Source: Utricularia gibba
Lineage: Eukaryota; Plantae; Magnoliophyta
Reading direction: 5' to 3'
Length of the DNA stretch: 64,000 bases
NCBI GenBank assembly: GCA_002189035.1
Contig: NEEC01000021.1
Location: forward strand, 1,302,001 to 1,366,000
The translations under genes and the position numbers were made by a program. How positions within the stretch are numbered: position 1 is the first letter of the stretch; each line of letters opens with the position of its first letter. Of this stretch, positions 46,764-62,083 are shown in pieces. Under the pieces are notes generated by a model, which saw nothing but the letters and a program-made list of their open reading frames with translations, was not told the DNA's origin and searched no databases.

Positions 46764-48987
46764 TCAGTAAGATGGCAATGTCGGATCAACCTCGCGCACC
46801 CACGCCTCGAGGCCTCCGATGATATCCTTCGCCATCGGAAGTCCCATCTTGTGAAGAATCTGAACAGCCAACTGGGAATCATTCCCCCTCCGGCAGATCA
46901 CATACAGAGAAGCATCTGCGCCATCATCGCCATTTTTGCAGGCGGCCAATGCTGCAGATATCTCAGGCAGCCTTCTCTCCAACGCAGACAGAGGTATGTT
47001 CAAGGATTTGGGAAGAGACACGATCTTGTACTGATGAGCAGGGCGGACGTCGAGGAACACATGAGGCTCGTTGATCAGGTTCCTCTCGTTGTATTCCTTG
47101 CTGGTTATTCTGGCCTCCGGTGGAAGCAGTTCCAGCTTCAAAGCAGACTGCAGCAGTTGAGGAAACATATTGATGGCCAGCTTCAGTGAACAAGGATAGA
47201 GTAAAAAGAAAAGCTGAGGATAGATAAGCACCGTGAACAAGGGAGTTTGAGTAAAGTTCTCGTAATCAAAATTTCGAAACTGCTGTTCTGAGATTGTTGC
47301 ATTTTCCCCACAGGCCTCACATTGTGAGGCTTTCCCTCTAAGTTTCACCTGAAACATGCAGATTGGGTGAGTCAAGTGCATGATCGGAGAGTTCATGGAG
47401 AGGAAGTAAGCACACACCACACGAATTCTAGAGGAGAGTGCATCGAACAGAAGCATTTTCCCTGAGAGTGGCTCCCCGAATGCACCAGAAACCTTGATCG
47501 CTTCAAGCGCCTGAAGGCAGCCAATAACTCCAGGAACTGAATGCAAAACAAAAAGGGTGACCATATATCAAGCTTTCAAGCAACAGTTTCCATGCAGGAT
47601 GTCAATGAGATGAATGCAAAATGGTTTGTACCCACTCCAAGAACCCCACTGTCTGCGCATCTCTGGCATGCTGTTGTTGGTGGCGGGGTAGGAAACAAAC
47701 ATCTGTAGCAAGGACCCCCATTATGATTGTACACTGTGAGCTGCATGGAATACTGATGGATTAACAACACAAAACTGACAGAAGAAACTCAGTTCATGTT
47801 GAAACTTCTTCATGTCCTGAAAATGAGAAAAATAGGACATCAAAATTTACCTGCCCTTCTAGTCCAAGTGCAGCCCCGGAGACAAGAGGCTGCGGACATT
47901 GAAAGGGAAAACAGTTAATGGAAAGAGAAGCAGGGTGAGAATAAGAAGAAAGCAGAAGAAGGTCACCTTTCCTAAGACTACACAGCAATCACTGATCATG
48001 TAACGACTAGGAACGTTATCGGTGGCATCCACAACAACATCATACCTTCAAGAGACTAAAGCATGAGATAAGAACAGATAATTGGCCGAAAATTTTGTAC
48101 ATGTAATGTTAGGAACATACTTTCTCATTATTTCCAGTGCATTTGAGGTACAAAAGGCTTCTTTGTGTTCTTCTATTTTGACAGAGGAGTTGATACTGCA
48201 CAAACAGCATAGCCACAGTTCAAAGATAATCTAATGATCATGGCTTTTTAAGAAAACAAATAGTATTAGAACATACGCACGGCATGCAGCAGAAGCAGAC
48301 TCCACTTTTGATCTTCCAATGTATGCTTCAGTATGAATCACCTACAAAACAAGGCCATAATTGCTTTATGAATGAATAAGGAGATTCAGTCCAATGCAGA
48401 CTCAAAGAACAGCACTGAAATAACCGAGATTTTGAGGAAAAAGATCGCATATTCATATGATTGTGCTTACTTTAACTGATCACAAGCGAACTATACGAAA
48501 ATAACAACCATTACCTGCCGGTGCAGATTGTTAAGCTCAACTACATCGTGATCAACAATGCCAATACGCCCTGAAAGCATTGATCAAACTAAAGCCAACT
48601 ACATCGGTAAAGAATGAATTTTTCTAAGAAAAGAAAAGCTTTATACAGACCAACACCACACGCGGCCAGGTAAAGCAACGCCGGGGCGCCCAAGCCGCCG
48701 GCTCCGATGACCAACACCGAAGACTTCAGCAAATTCGCCTGCGCTTCAACCCCAAATGAAGGAAGCAGGAGATGGCGGCTGTATCTATGTATCATATCAG
48801 GCGATAATAGGTTCCCAGGAATGGCAACAGATGAACTGAAATCATCGTCGCCATTTCCCGCGCAAAGACTATCCAAACGAGCTTGTAGGGTTTTTATACG
48901 TTTCTCGATTTCGGCCTTCTCCTCCATCAACGACGCGATCTCCCGTCGAATTTCCGACGCCGTATCAGGAGAACCGCTGGCTGCCAT
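46764..48987 (-). CDS. CNX5: Adenylyltransferase/sulfurtransferase MOCS3/UBA4
   Basis: [12 protein letters not shown]...[46 protein letters not shown] and a rhodanese domain (DVRP...[11 protein letters not shown]...DIIGGLEAW) are present. Confidence 0.95.
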
Positions 48988-49090
48988 GGAGGAAACCCCT
49001 TGGAGGAATTGCCGAATAGGGTTTTAGTTTAGTACCCACGGCCGGCGAAAAAAAGAAACGATTTTTTTCCGAATGCTAGGTAGTAAATAT

Positions 49091-49372
49091 ATGGAGGAAA
49101 CCCCTTGTTCCGTGATCTCCTCGCGTCTCCGTCGGTGGACCTACTCCGGCCGTGGCAGCCAGCGGCCGGTGAAGCAATCGAGAAGCCCAATTTACCCGAT
49201 GCGCTCCAAGAAATGGCAGGCTTTATACTCGAGTGTGATTCCGTGGCGGGTTTGAAGCAGAAAACCGGCTTATCTCAAGTGCGCCGCGGAATGTTCCCAA
49301 GTTCTCCAATTCGCCTTCGGCTCATTTTCGAGTAACGGCTCCATGCTTACTGCGTCATCATCTTCTTCTTCA
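49091..49372 (+). other. Unidentified coding-like GC-rich segment, head-to-head with CNX5
   Basis: An ATG at 49091 is followed by overlapping 60-76 aa frames and a donor-like ATG|GTAAGC at about 49372. No family recognised. Confidence 0.2.
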
Positions 49373-49650
49373 TGGTAAGCAATTCTAAGCTGGTTTGCCT
49401 GCTCGAATAAATGAGCTAAAAAATGTGAATTTGGCGGGTATCAAATCTGCTGGCAACAGCACATACAAATGAGTCTGTGATAACATTTCCGGTGAACGGG
49501 ATTCAGAAGAACCCTTTGCGGCGGCCTCCATGAACAGCCGCAGGCAGTCAGAAATTCCGTCCATCAGGGCGTAATTGGATTGCTTAGGATGAAATCACAC
49601 CTATGGTAAGCAGCAGCGGTTTCGCAACCACAAACATCACGGAAAAGTGA

Positions 49651-52338
49651 TCATGGGCCAGTAAGAAAGTCCGTTTCTCCAGCATCTGCGCGAGGTGACC
49701 TCCTTCTCTCTGTCAATTCCGCATCCACCGCACCTCCTCCCCGTGGAGAAGTCTCTGGTGAATCTCCAGGGCTCCCCAGCCTCCTTGTCTGCTGTTGAGG
49801 CTTGTCTTTCTTCTTTGCCTTATTGTGCCAACTCTTTAATGCCTTGGAAGTTTGCTCGTCGAAAATGGATTTCTTCATGTGGGATCCCATCTAAAGATAC
49901 CCAAACCAGCAAAATGAGAAGATTTGCATATGGAAGGTAAATCAAAACATGATGCTTGAAGAAGATGAGGCACCTGAGTAACAAGAGCATACAGTGGAAG
50001 TGTAATATAACTGCACAAAACTTGTATTCCCACCCTGTTGTCAAATAGTACAGGTTCTTAGCATATGTCAAATGCTAGAGCAATATGAGAAGTCGCAAGA
50101 GAGCTGTGGAGCTTTACCCTATACAGATTCTCACAACAACCAGAGCGAAATTTCGATGGAAGCATGAATGCAGCCCGAATTCGTACTGCAAGTGTTAAAA
50201 AGACAATTTTTTTCATACTTGTATGGGAAAAGACTCCATCAGCAAGCTAAAGATAAGTACCCAGATCCATAGGAAGAATGTAATCTCAAAGGCATTCTGC
50301 AAATCATTGACAGGAACACAAAGTGAGTGACTTCAAAACTGTGGATAAGTAGGCAGATTAGCACTGAACCTGAAAGAGGGTAAGATGGATGAGATGCAGA
50401 ACCAATGTAGGCTTGCCAAACCAAAAATGTTCATCTGAGACTTGAACGAGGGGAATCCCTTGGATCACAGCATGCTTTTCTTGGATTTCGATGGCCATCC
50501 GTGTTATGATTGATTGAAGCTTCGTCCCAACTGCTAGAATCAGCTTTAGCCAAGCAAAGCTACTCAGCATTTCTACTACATTCTTACAGTACATGTTGCA
50601 GAGGTAGTAGGCCTTACAACTAGTGGAAGCACTGACAACCAAAACATTGCCACTCCATCTGAAATTAAACTGATATTGGTTACTACTTAGGAGGCTCACA
50701 GATCTAGTAGAGATTATTAGCATCACCCTTGACATTTAGAAGCAGGTAGATCACCGTAACCATCCACAGATGAGGCCTGTGGTGATACATCTGTGTTATC
50801 ATTCAATCAGAAAACACAAGATATATGGATGAAGAACATGATCTTACGGAATCCCCACAACGACTTTGAAGTCATCTTCGAGGGATCTTTTGATGTACTT
50901 TTGGAAGTCGAACTTGGTTCCAGTTGACAAATGCACCTATGCAGAGGATAATTGTGAATGAGTTAGAGATTCGAGAGAGTTTGGTAGCATAAAAGAAGTA
51001 CTCACCGAGACAAATCCATGCCTCAAGGTCAGGTAATCAGCCCTTTGCACTGAGTACAACATATGTCTGAAGAAGGAAGCCTTCACAAATGCTAGTTAAA
51101 CAAGTGAAATGAAGATACTCGTGCAGATAATGAATGGTCAAGGTGATGCTCCTTACTGTGTAGAACACAATAGCATTTTGCATCCATGAACTTGAGTGGC
51201 TTCTCACAAAGGAAGTCTCGTGTGTAAGTCTGAACCTTGATGGATCTGTTAAGAAAGGTTGTCATTCTCTCTAGTTTTGAGCATTTATGCCAAGATGGTC
51301 TCACCATTTGTAGCTTCAGTTTCTTGGAGAGTCTGTCTCTCCCATTCCTTCCATCCTCGAATCTGCACATTTGCATCAAAGAATGTACTCAATGAAGCAG
51401 GATTCTAAACATGGGGTGTTTGGAGGAGCATCTCAAGAGTTTCTTACTTTCAACCTCCCAAGAGTCATTGTTAAAGCACCATAGAAGACATGGAACACAG
51501 CCAAAAAGAAAATGAAGATGTGGAGTTGGTGAAGTCCATGTAGAGATATAAGAGGCTCGAACCCCTGTAACTCCAAAATGTTGACGATAGATTTGATCAA
51601 CTACTACAAAACATTGCAAACACAACAGGAAATGGTCTTGCCTCCTTGCAGCTGAAGGCAGAATCGGGGCTAGACAATATACGTCGTGTATGCAACAGCA
51701 GCAGAAGCAGCCTATGATGTGGTTCAGTGGCATGCTCTTCTCCTGCACCATGGCCAGTTTCATGGCCGCCACCATGACCAGCTTCATGGCCTCCAACATG
51801 ACCAGCATCATGGCCTCCACCATGTCCAGCACCATGGATATCTTCAAAAAAATCACATGGAAGCATAGTGTTGGCAATATCCTCGGGATGCAGATCCGGG
51901 CGATGTAGTTCTGTCCGAACGTCAGAAGCAAGGAAATGAATCCCAGAACCATAAGCTCTATGACATTAAAAAAAAACAAGAAAAAGTCAGCAATGTCTAC
52001 AGCATATAAATAGTACGTAAGATAAACACACCTGCTTTTATTTTCTCAAGAGCTTCCACCAAAGAAAACTTCTTTCTCCTATGAAAAGTCTGAGAAGACA
52101 GGGAAACAGTCCCAACAATGCAATATTAAACATGAGACAACAATTTTGAACGATGATTTCATTGAAGCAACAAACAAACACTACGAAAAAATGCAGCAAA
52201 TTGACATACCTCCCCAACTTTGTGGAGAGTTTTCTCCAGTAGTATAGAAATCACAATGATGACTGCACAGACCAGTGCCACGGCCCATGTTGCTGTATGG
52301 TTTAGCTCTCTCGACCCTGACCTTCCTTCCCCACCCAT
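49651..52338 (-). CDS. MLO: MLO family 7-TM protein (clade III, MLO8/10-like)
   Basis: [75 protein letters not shown] and [13 protein letters not shown]...DFLTGP* are present. Confidence 0.95.
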
Positions 52339-52685
52339 CTTATAAAATATCAAAAATTGATGGCAAGCTACGCTTTGACATACAATGGAACAGTGCTCTT
52401 CTCCCCGTTTCAGAGAAAACAAATGAGAAATTCTGTGTTTCGTTTTGTGGGTAATGGCCGGTAAGTTAGTTAGGCAATGAGTGAATCACTTTGTCTTCTG
52501 TCAAGTTTTGGCGGTCGGCCTGGGCAGAATTAGTGCGAAAAAAAAGGTGAGGCTGATCTGTTTCCCTATTTTTAGTAGCAGTGAAGCCCGTCAAGAAGAA
52601 AACCAAAGTGGTCTGCGCTAGCTTAGGCCTGATCCCTTGAGCTGTAAGCAGATGATTACCATTTTGCAGTTGCACAACGACCGGG

Positions 52686-52886
52686 AGGAAAGACAAGCAG
52701 CTGCCTCCGGGCCCGACGCCGTTGCCCATCACCGGAAGCATCCCAATGAATACCCACATTGTGATTAACGCTTGGGCCATGGGCAGAGACCTGGATACAT
52801 GGCCGGACCTAGAGAAGATCAAGCCAGGGAATTTCTTCGAATCGAATGTTGATCCCAAACTAGGACGCTGCATCTCAAGAAAATAA
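52686..52886 (+). pseudogene. Internally deleted cytochrome P450 (CYP71-clan, CYP76-like) remnant
   Basis: Manual translation: RKDKQLPPGPTPLPITG fused in frame to SIPMNTHIVINAWAMGRDLDTWPDLEKIKPGNFFESNVDPK. This joins the proline-rich hinge directly to the post-K-helix/PERF-like region. Confidence 0.8.
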
Positions 52887-53810
52887 ATGTGCTGTGCTTT
52901 CTGCCATGAGTTACTTGTGAAGCCAATGATTTATGAACAATGATATGAATATAACCAAAAATCAAATGAATACGAACACAAATACATGAATGTAAAAAGG
53001 CATATAAGATGTGGCAATTGGGAATGAGGGTTATGGTTCAGAAGGCGATGTGATGTTCAAAGAGGGCGGCAAAGAAACCCACTTGGGGAATTTGCAAAGA
53101 GAGAGTCGAACTGATACAGAAGCTGCTGATCATGTTTCAAAACGAGGTTCCAAACAAGACACGCATTTAGGAAAATGCATATGGTTTCAGGAAAAAAAAA
53201 AAAAAAACTCATCATCCTCCACTCAAAGTTCCCTCCATGGGTTTCAAACAAACTCCCTCTTATGATTCAGATGAAACTGCATATGATGCGTTTCTGGAGA
53301 TGGAACAGAGTGACTTGAGGTGTCTGATAGGATTTCTAGGGAGTGTAATAAGTCCATATTCCATAAAAAGAGCTACCCGCTCACATCAGCTACACCAAAA
53401 CATATAATCCTAAATGAAAGAGATGGAGAAACACGCAGCATCAATCCAACCATTCAGCAGCCAAGGAGGTACAAGAGCAGTCTTTTCCTGTTTTATGGTG
53501 GATCACATAATAGATTCCACTACACTGAAGCAGACAATGGACAGAAGCCAAAAAAGTTTCAAGAATATTTCCAAATGCTTAATCGAATGGTGCATTCACA
53601 ATATCTCCAGGTACCATAGCCTGCTCGGTATAGATCGCTTCTGGCAAATACTCGTGCTTTTATAACATGAGCAACACTAAGTCGCATTGCGAGTCAAAAC
53701 CAAATCACATGTCATAGAGAACGTACTCATGAGGTACACTTATTCAGAATGAGGCAACAAGTCGTAGTTCATATGCTCAAAGCAATCAATTCACAAAACA
53801 TGTCTATTCA

Positions 53811-54284
53811 TCAAGGAGTATCCCACGGCTTGGCCTCAGGAACAGCTACCACCATACCCTGCAATTCATGGTTCAGGATTACCTGACATCCGAGCCTCGC
53901 GTGCTTGTTCAGCTCCCTTTCCCGAGAGAACTTCGTCAGTATATACTTCTCATCATGCGTTCGCGGCGGGATCTTCTCCAGCCACTCCTCCGCGATGTGG
54001 ACCTCGCACTCAGCAGAGCAAGCTTCAATATCCTCCAGACGATGCGATGCCGGCTCGATCAAGCCCTTATTGGCCAAGGCCCTGAGGAGAGTCTGGCCCG
54101 TGAGCCCCAAAACTTCCTGCTTTTGGCCGTCGGGATCAATGGCGAAAAGCTTGACAATTCGATCGGAGACTTTTGCGGAAGTGGATGAGGCGGAATATCG
54201 GCAGATTACCCCGCGCGAGGCCACAGAAAGGGTACGAGCCCTGGAAATTCCAGACGCGACTCTTTGAATTGCAGAGATCGCCAT
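53811..54284 (-). CDS. C1-FDX: Mitochondrial complex I-associated ferredoxin-like protein (At3g07480-like), intronless
   Basis: KVSDRIVKLFAIDPDG...GLTGQTLLRAL...HRLEDIEACSAECEVHIA...RLGCQV...VAVPEAKPWDTP*, with a mitochondrial-type presequence. Confidence 0.85.
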   Translation of the reverse strand: MAISAIQRVASGISRARTLSVASRGVICRYSASSTSAKVSDRIVKLFAIDPDGQKQEVLGLTGQTLLRALANKGLIEPASHRLEDIEACSAECEVHIAEEWLEKIPPRTHDEKYILTKFSRERELNKHARLGCQVILNHELQGMVVAVPEAKPWDTP

Positions 54285-54549
54285 TGTTGTTCCGTCCAAT
54301 AGCTTACCGTCGCCGTGCCCTAGCAGTTCCTCGTAATTTCAGTTACATTTTATTATTATTATTTTTTTACACCCATTTTCTTGTAATAGATTCGCGTCTG
54401 CTATTAATGAACTCAAAACGAAATTGGGCTTGTCACTGGAGGCTCAAAGTGGTAACGTGTAGCCCAAAGAGAAGCTCAACACAGGAAGCCTTTGGCCCAA
54501 TAGAATATGATGCAGGCGTGAGAACGCCGCACCGGATTCCGACGGCAAC

Positions 54550-56299
54550 ATGGCGGCGAAGAGTATGGCTCGGTGTATCGGGCGCTCTCTCTTCATCGCC
54601 CATCGCTCATCTCTTTCACTTCTTTCGGAACCATCCCATTTCGTGATTCAATATCCCAGGTTAATTATCATCGCTCTTCTTCGTCTTGTTCTTTTTTGTT
54701 CGCTTAGATTTCGGGAATTGGGTTTTTTGTGTTTGTCTGATGCAAGCTTGTATCGTGCAGTTCTTCATGCAGGAGTTGTAGTAGCTTCTCCCTTAACTCA
54801 ATCGCCAAGTGCTTAAACAGCGGGAATGGAGTGGGGAGAAGAGGTAACGTTGCTTGGATTCATTCGGGTCGGATCTTGAGCAATGTGGAATTGGAGAAGG
54901 AGCAGAATGGGAAGGAAGATGGCGAGTCGAATGAACCTTTGCCTAAGAAAAGGAAGAAACTTAAGGGGAAGAGAGCGGTTGTGCGGTGGCTGAAATTTTT
55001 CCGTTGGAAGAAGAAGAGGGATTTCCAAAGAATGACACCGGAAGAAAAGATTCTGTTCAAATTGACCAAGGTAACGTTCTGCTGCTGCGTGAGATTCGAA
55101 CTTCAAACGCTTTGATCATGAAAAGCACAGATTTTGGAAGGAAGACTGTATTGCATTTGCTTAAAACCGGAATGGGCTCAGACTATACATTGTTGCTCTG
55201 TCACTTTTCCATTCCTTTCATCTTTGTCCGGATTCTAGATAGATTTAGGTGTGAGCGGCTGTTGATCTTGTGTTTCACCAAGGCTCGTAGGAAAGAGCAA
55301 AGATTGGTTGAAGCCCTGAAGAAAATTGAGCCCAAGGAAACATCAGAAACTACACATGATCCAGAGATCTTAACCCCAGAAGAGCATTTCTACTATTTGA
55401 GAATGGGGAGAAGAGCAAGAACTACGTGCCTGTGGGGCGACGAGGGATATACAAGGGTGTGATACTGAACATGCACTTGCACTGGAAGAAGCACGAGACG
55501 TTGAAGGTGATCGTGAAGACGTTTTCCAGCGAGGAAGTCAGGGAGATTGCAGTGGAGCTTGCAAGGTTGAGTGGCGGAATTGTGCTTGATATTCAGGAGG
55601 AAGACACTATCATCATGTACAGAGGGAAGAACTACTGTCAGCCACCAACGGAGATCATGTCGCCACGGACAACTCTCTCAAGGAAAAAGGTACTGTTAGA
55701 ATTCAGTCAGAGGATCACGTTCCCTGACAAACATGAACCTTGGTTTCTGTTTATCGTTGCAGGCTTTAGATAAGTCAAAGTACAGAGACGCTCTGAGAGC
55801 CGTGAGAAGATACATACCAAGACTTGAGCAGGACCTGGAGCTCCTCAAAGCTCAAGCTGAAACTGAACCCACTCTCACTACAAACGAAGAATTGCAGCCC
55901 AGTGATCCCTCTGGCAGTCAGAACTCCACAGTCCCCGATCGGCTGCGGGAGCTTCTGGCCAGAGGTGCTCTTGATGAAGGCTCTGATCCCGATGATTCAA
56001 TGCCACCCGACATGGAATCAGATTCGGAATCCTTGTCAGATATCTTCGAGACAGACTCAGGCGGCGAGGACGAGGATGGAGAGCAGAGATCATCTCCTCT
56101 GCTGGCTGCATTGGACAGAATCCCAGTACGCGAGGAGGGCGATGACGACGAAGAGGAAGATTTTGAGGAACACCTCCGTAGAGTATCTGCTGCTTCAAGG
56201 AAAGAGAAGATGCCCTGCCAGGAGGAGAACGCACAGGTTGATGAATTTGGCAAAGTGATTCTAGAAGCGGCTTCCCTTTTAAGAAGGAAGAAACGTTGA
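54550..56299 (+). CDS. CRM (CRS1/YhbY) domain organellar RNA splicing factor
   Basis: KLKGKRAVVRWLKFFRWKKK, THDPEILTPEEHFYYL, VPVGRRGIYKGVILNMHLHWKKH, IIMYRGKNY and an acidic C-terminus are present, with a -1 shift at about 55411. Confidence 0.9.
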
Positions 56300-58216
56300 C
56301 TTCGAATCAGCTTCTGTGTGCACGTGTTTTGTCGTGGGATTATTGATATAAATTAAGTAAAAATTCCTATAAATCCAATTTTAAAATTTATAATACAATT
56401 TTAAATGTAATTAAAAAATTCATTATTTTTTAAATACCCCTATAAAACGGCGGACACGGCAAAAAGGGTTGTGGTTGAGGTGGGCCCAGAATAATATAAC
56501 AAAATTATGGGAAAAATTGAAAAATACTATTGTCGGCGGTAATTCCTTTTATCAAACAATTGAAATTGATTAAATGAATTTAGTTGCATAATAATATTAT
56601 TAATTTCATAATATTAATGGAAAAAGTCGAATATGAACGTTCATGTACACTAATCTTTTAGAAATAAATTAAACCTGTTTTAAATTTAATCATATATTTG
56701 AATTGAATCTTTTTTATGATAAATTGAATCGAATTTATTAATTTTTAATAATATTTATTACAAATTATTTTTAAAAAATCAACTTATTTTTTTAAGATGT
56801 AATCATGAATTTGATTATAGATCAAATAAAGTGTATATTCTAAAAAAAGTTATATTAATCTTATACTAGATTTTTTTATAAATAAAAAACATAAAATTAT
56901 GAATATTGAATGAAATGTATAAAAGGTTAAATATGGTACAATCAGAGAAATAATATTAATTTTGCACAAGATTTTCTTATGAAATGAAAAAACGTAAAAT
57001 CATGAGTAATGAATATATAAAACGTATAATATGTATTAATCAAATTTAAACTTGAGTAACAATTATGATTCTAAAACGTATCTTTTTTTTTCACCGCAGA
57101 ATAATGAAGAGAGGGAATGAGAAGATCTTGGAACCACATGAAACAACATTACAATAAAACAGCCTCGCTGGGAATTCCAGCTGTTCATGTCCGGGTGTCT
57201 ACTCACAATTTTGCTTTGTTTTCCTTCATTTTTGTTGGTGTGGGTCTTCGTTTGTGTCATCAGGGTATCTCCTAAGGGGCGGAGGAGGCCCCTATGCTAT
57301 ATACACATGTATAGGTAGATCTGAGGGGGGGAGGATAGCATTACTACTTCCGGTGTTTTCTGCTTTCCTTTGACTGGATCAAACTTGCTCCAGACTTTTG
57401 TTTGAATTTTCCCACTGCTTTGTGCTTGCAAATTTGTGGGGTTTTCTGTTTAAGATATTTGATACAAACTTTGATTTGGGGTGTCACGAAAGCTGGGTCT
57501 TGGGAGCCGTCGGTTTTGGGTTCTGTGGATTTAGGGAATTGGGCGGGTGGGTGCCTGTGTTTATTACGTCTAGGTGGATTTTTTGGGGTTAATGCTTCGG
57601 AAAAGGGAACGGGTTATTGTGTGTCGTAAGTAGGAAGTTGGAAAAGCGTTAGGATTCTGAAGAGTTTTTCACTCGCGGTTGAATCTTTGCTGAGGGTAAA
57701 GTGGGAATCCCCTTTACTGATTTTACTCCTGCTTGTTCTTGTTGTCGATTGTATGAAACGGGTCACTTTTTGTTTCGTAACATCCGAAAGCCTTGTTACG
57801 GTCGGTCAAAACTTTGTCTTCCACTATCTTTCCATCAGTTATAGTTTTTTTTTTACAGTAACGAATTTGTTCTTGATATAATGATGTTGGTGCAAAAAGA
57901 TCACTGATAAATGTGGGTTTCTTGGTCGATTTCTAACTTTTCGATATAACTAAGCTGTTGAACTAGTTGGGATTGTATCAGGGAAAAGACCTTAGCATAT
58001 GGTTGCTTTGCGAAAAAAAGTTTGATTCCTAAACAGTTGTGTGAAAGCGGAGGTTCTTTTTATGTCAATAATTTTAAGATGGGTGTTTTTTTATGTTGGA
58101 AAAGCACCGTTTTTAGTTTAGTTTAATTGTTCGGATTCAGGTGGATAGCCTTTGTGAGAAGACAGTAGCTGTTATCTGGCAGATAATTATTGTTGGACAA
58201 AACTTTATTTGCTGGA

Positions 58217-61078
<2,862 letters not shown>

Positions 61079-62083
61079 TCCATGTCTTGATGGGGGTCTC
61101 ATCCGACCAACAGCAGCATGACTGCTAAAATTTGAACGGTTTTTTGGATGGTATTTAGGGGCAATTACAAAGATCTCTGAGAAACAAGTAAGAAGTGGTT
61201 TACTATGGTAATTCATTGTGGTTAAAATGCCTATTCTTTTGGGGGATGGGAATGGGGTCTGTTGTTTTGTTGGCTTTCTTATCTCTTGTGGTTCAAACAG
61301 AAGCCCATGTCATGTTATTGGAGAAGCCACTCATGCTATGCCATAGTTGCTGTATTTAAGTGGAGTTTTTGTATAGAGTGTTTCCTCATCTGCAGTCATT
61401 TGTATGGGAAGACATTGGATATCTTAACCAATTAAATTTGCTCTTCGCTCTGCTATCAAAAGAAAGTTGCACCCTACCAAAGAGGAAGGAACCCTTTCTT
61501 CTTTGATCTCATAAATTGCCATGAAAAGCACTTATATCGTTCTACTGTCAAGATAGTTCTAGCCTTTACAAAGTTAATGTACCTCGTACCTGCTCTTTGA
61601 TTTTTCATGTACAGTCATGAAAAATAGTTTAGTTATGCCATCCAAGAGATGATCCCATTCTCGTTCTTTGAGCTGATAAACTGTGATGAAAATAGTTGCA
61701 TCATCCCAGGAAAGACCTATGGCTCTCCTGTGCTGTCTTTTGATTGTGCTGTGTGGTAATAAAATACAGAATGAGCCATGCATTCTCCTTTGATTGTGCA
61801 TTTAACAAAGGAATGCACACAATTCAAGGCATTGTCTTCCATAGTTACATCAGAACAAGCCCCCTGTCATGCATACAACAACAAGGGAGGTGCTAGGACA
61901 TAGCCCAACTCAAAAACGACACATATAACATCATCATCTATCATGCAAAATGTTGGAAACCAACACCAACTCTACAAATCTTACATTATCCTTATATATT
62001 TGTCCGGAATGATGTCCAACTTTCATGCTCCCTGGTTAGCAGCTGTCTAACTAGCAGTCGAATGAATTGGAGAGGGCATTGCG

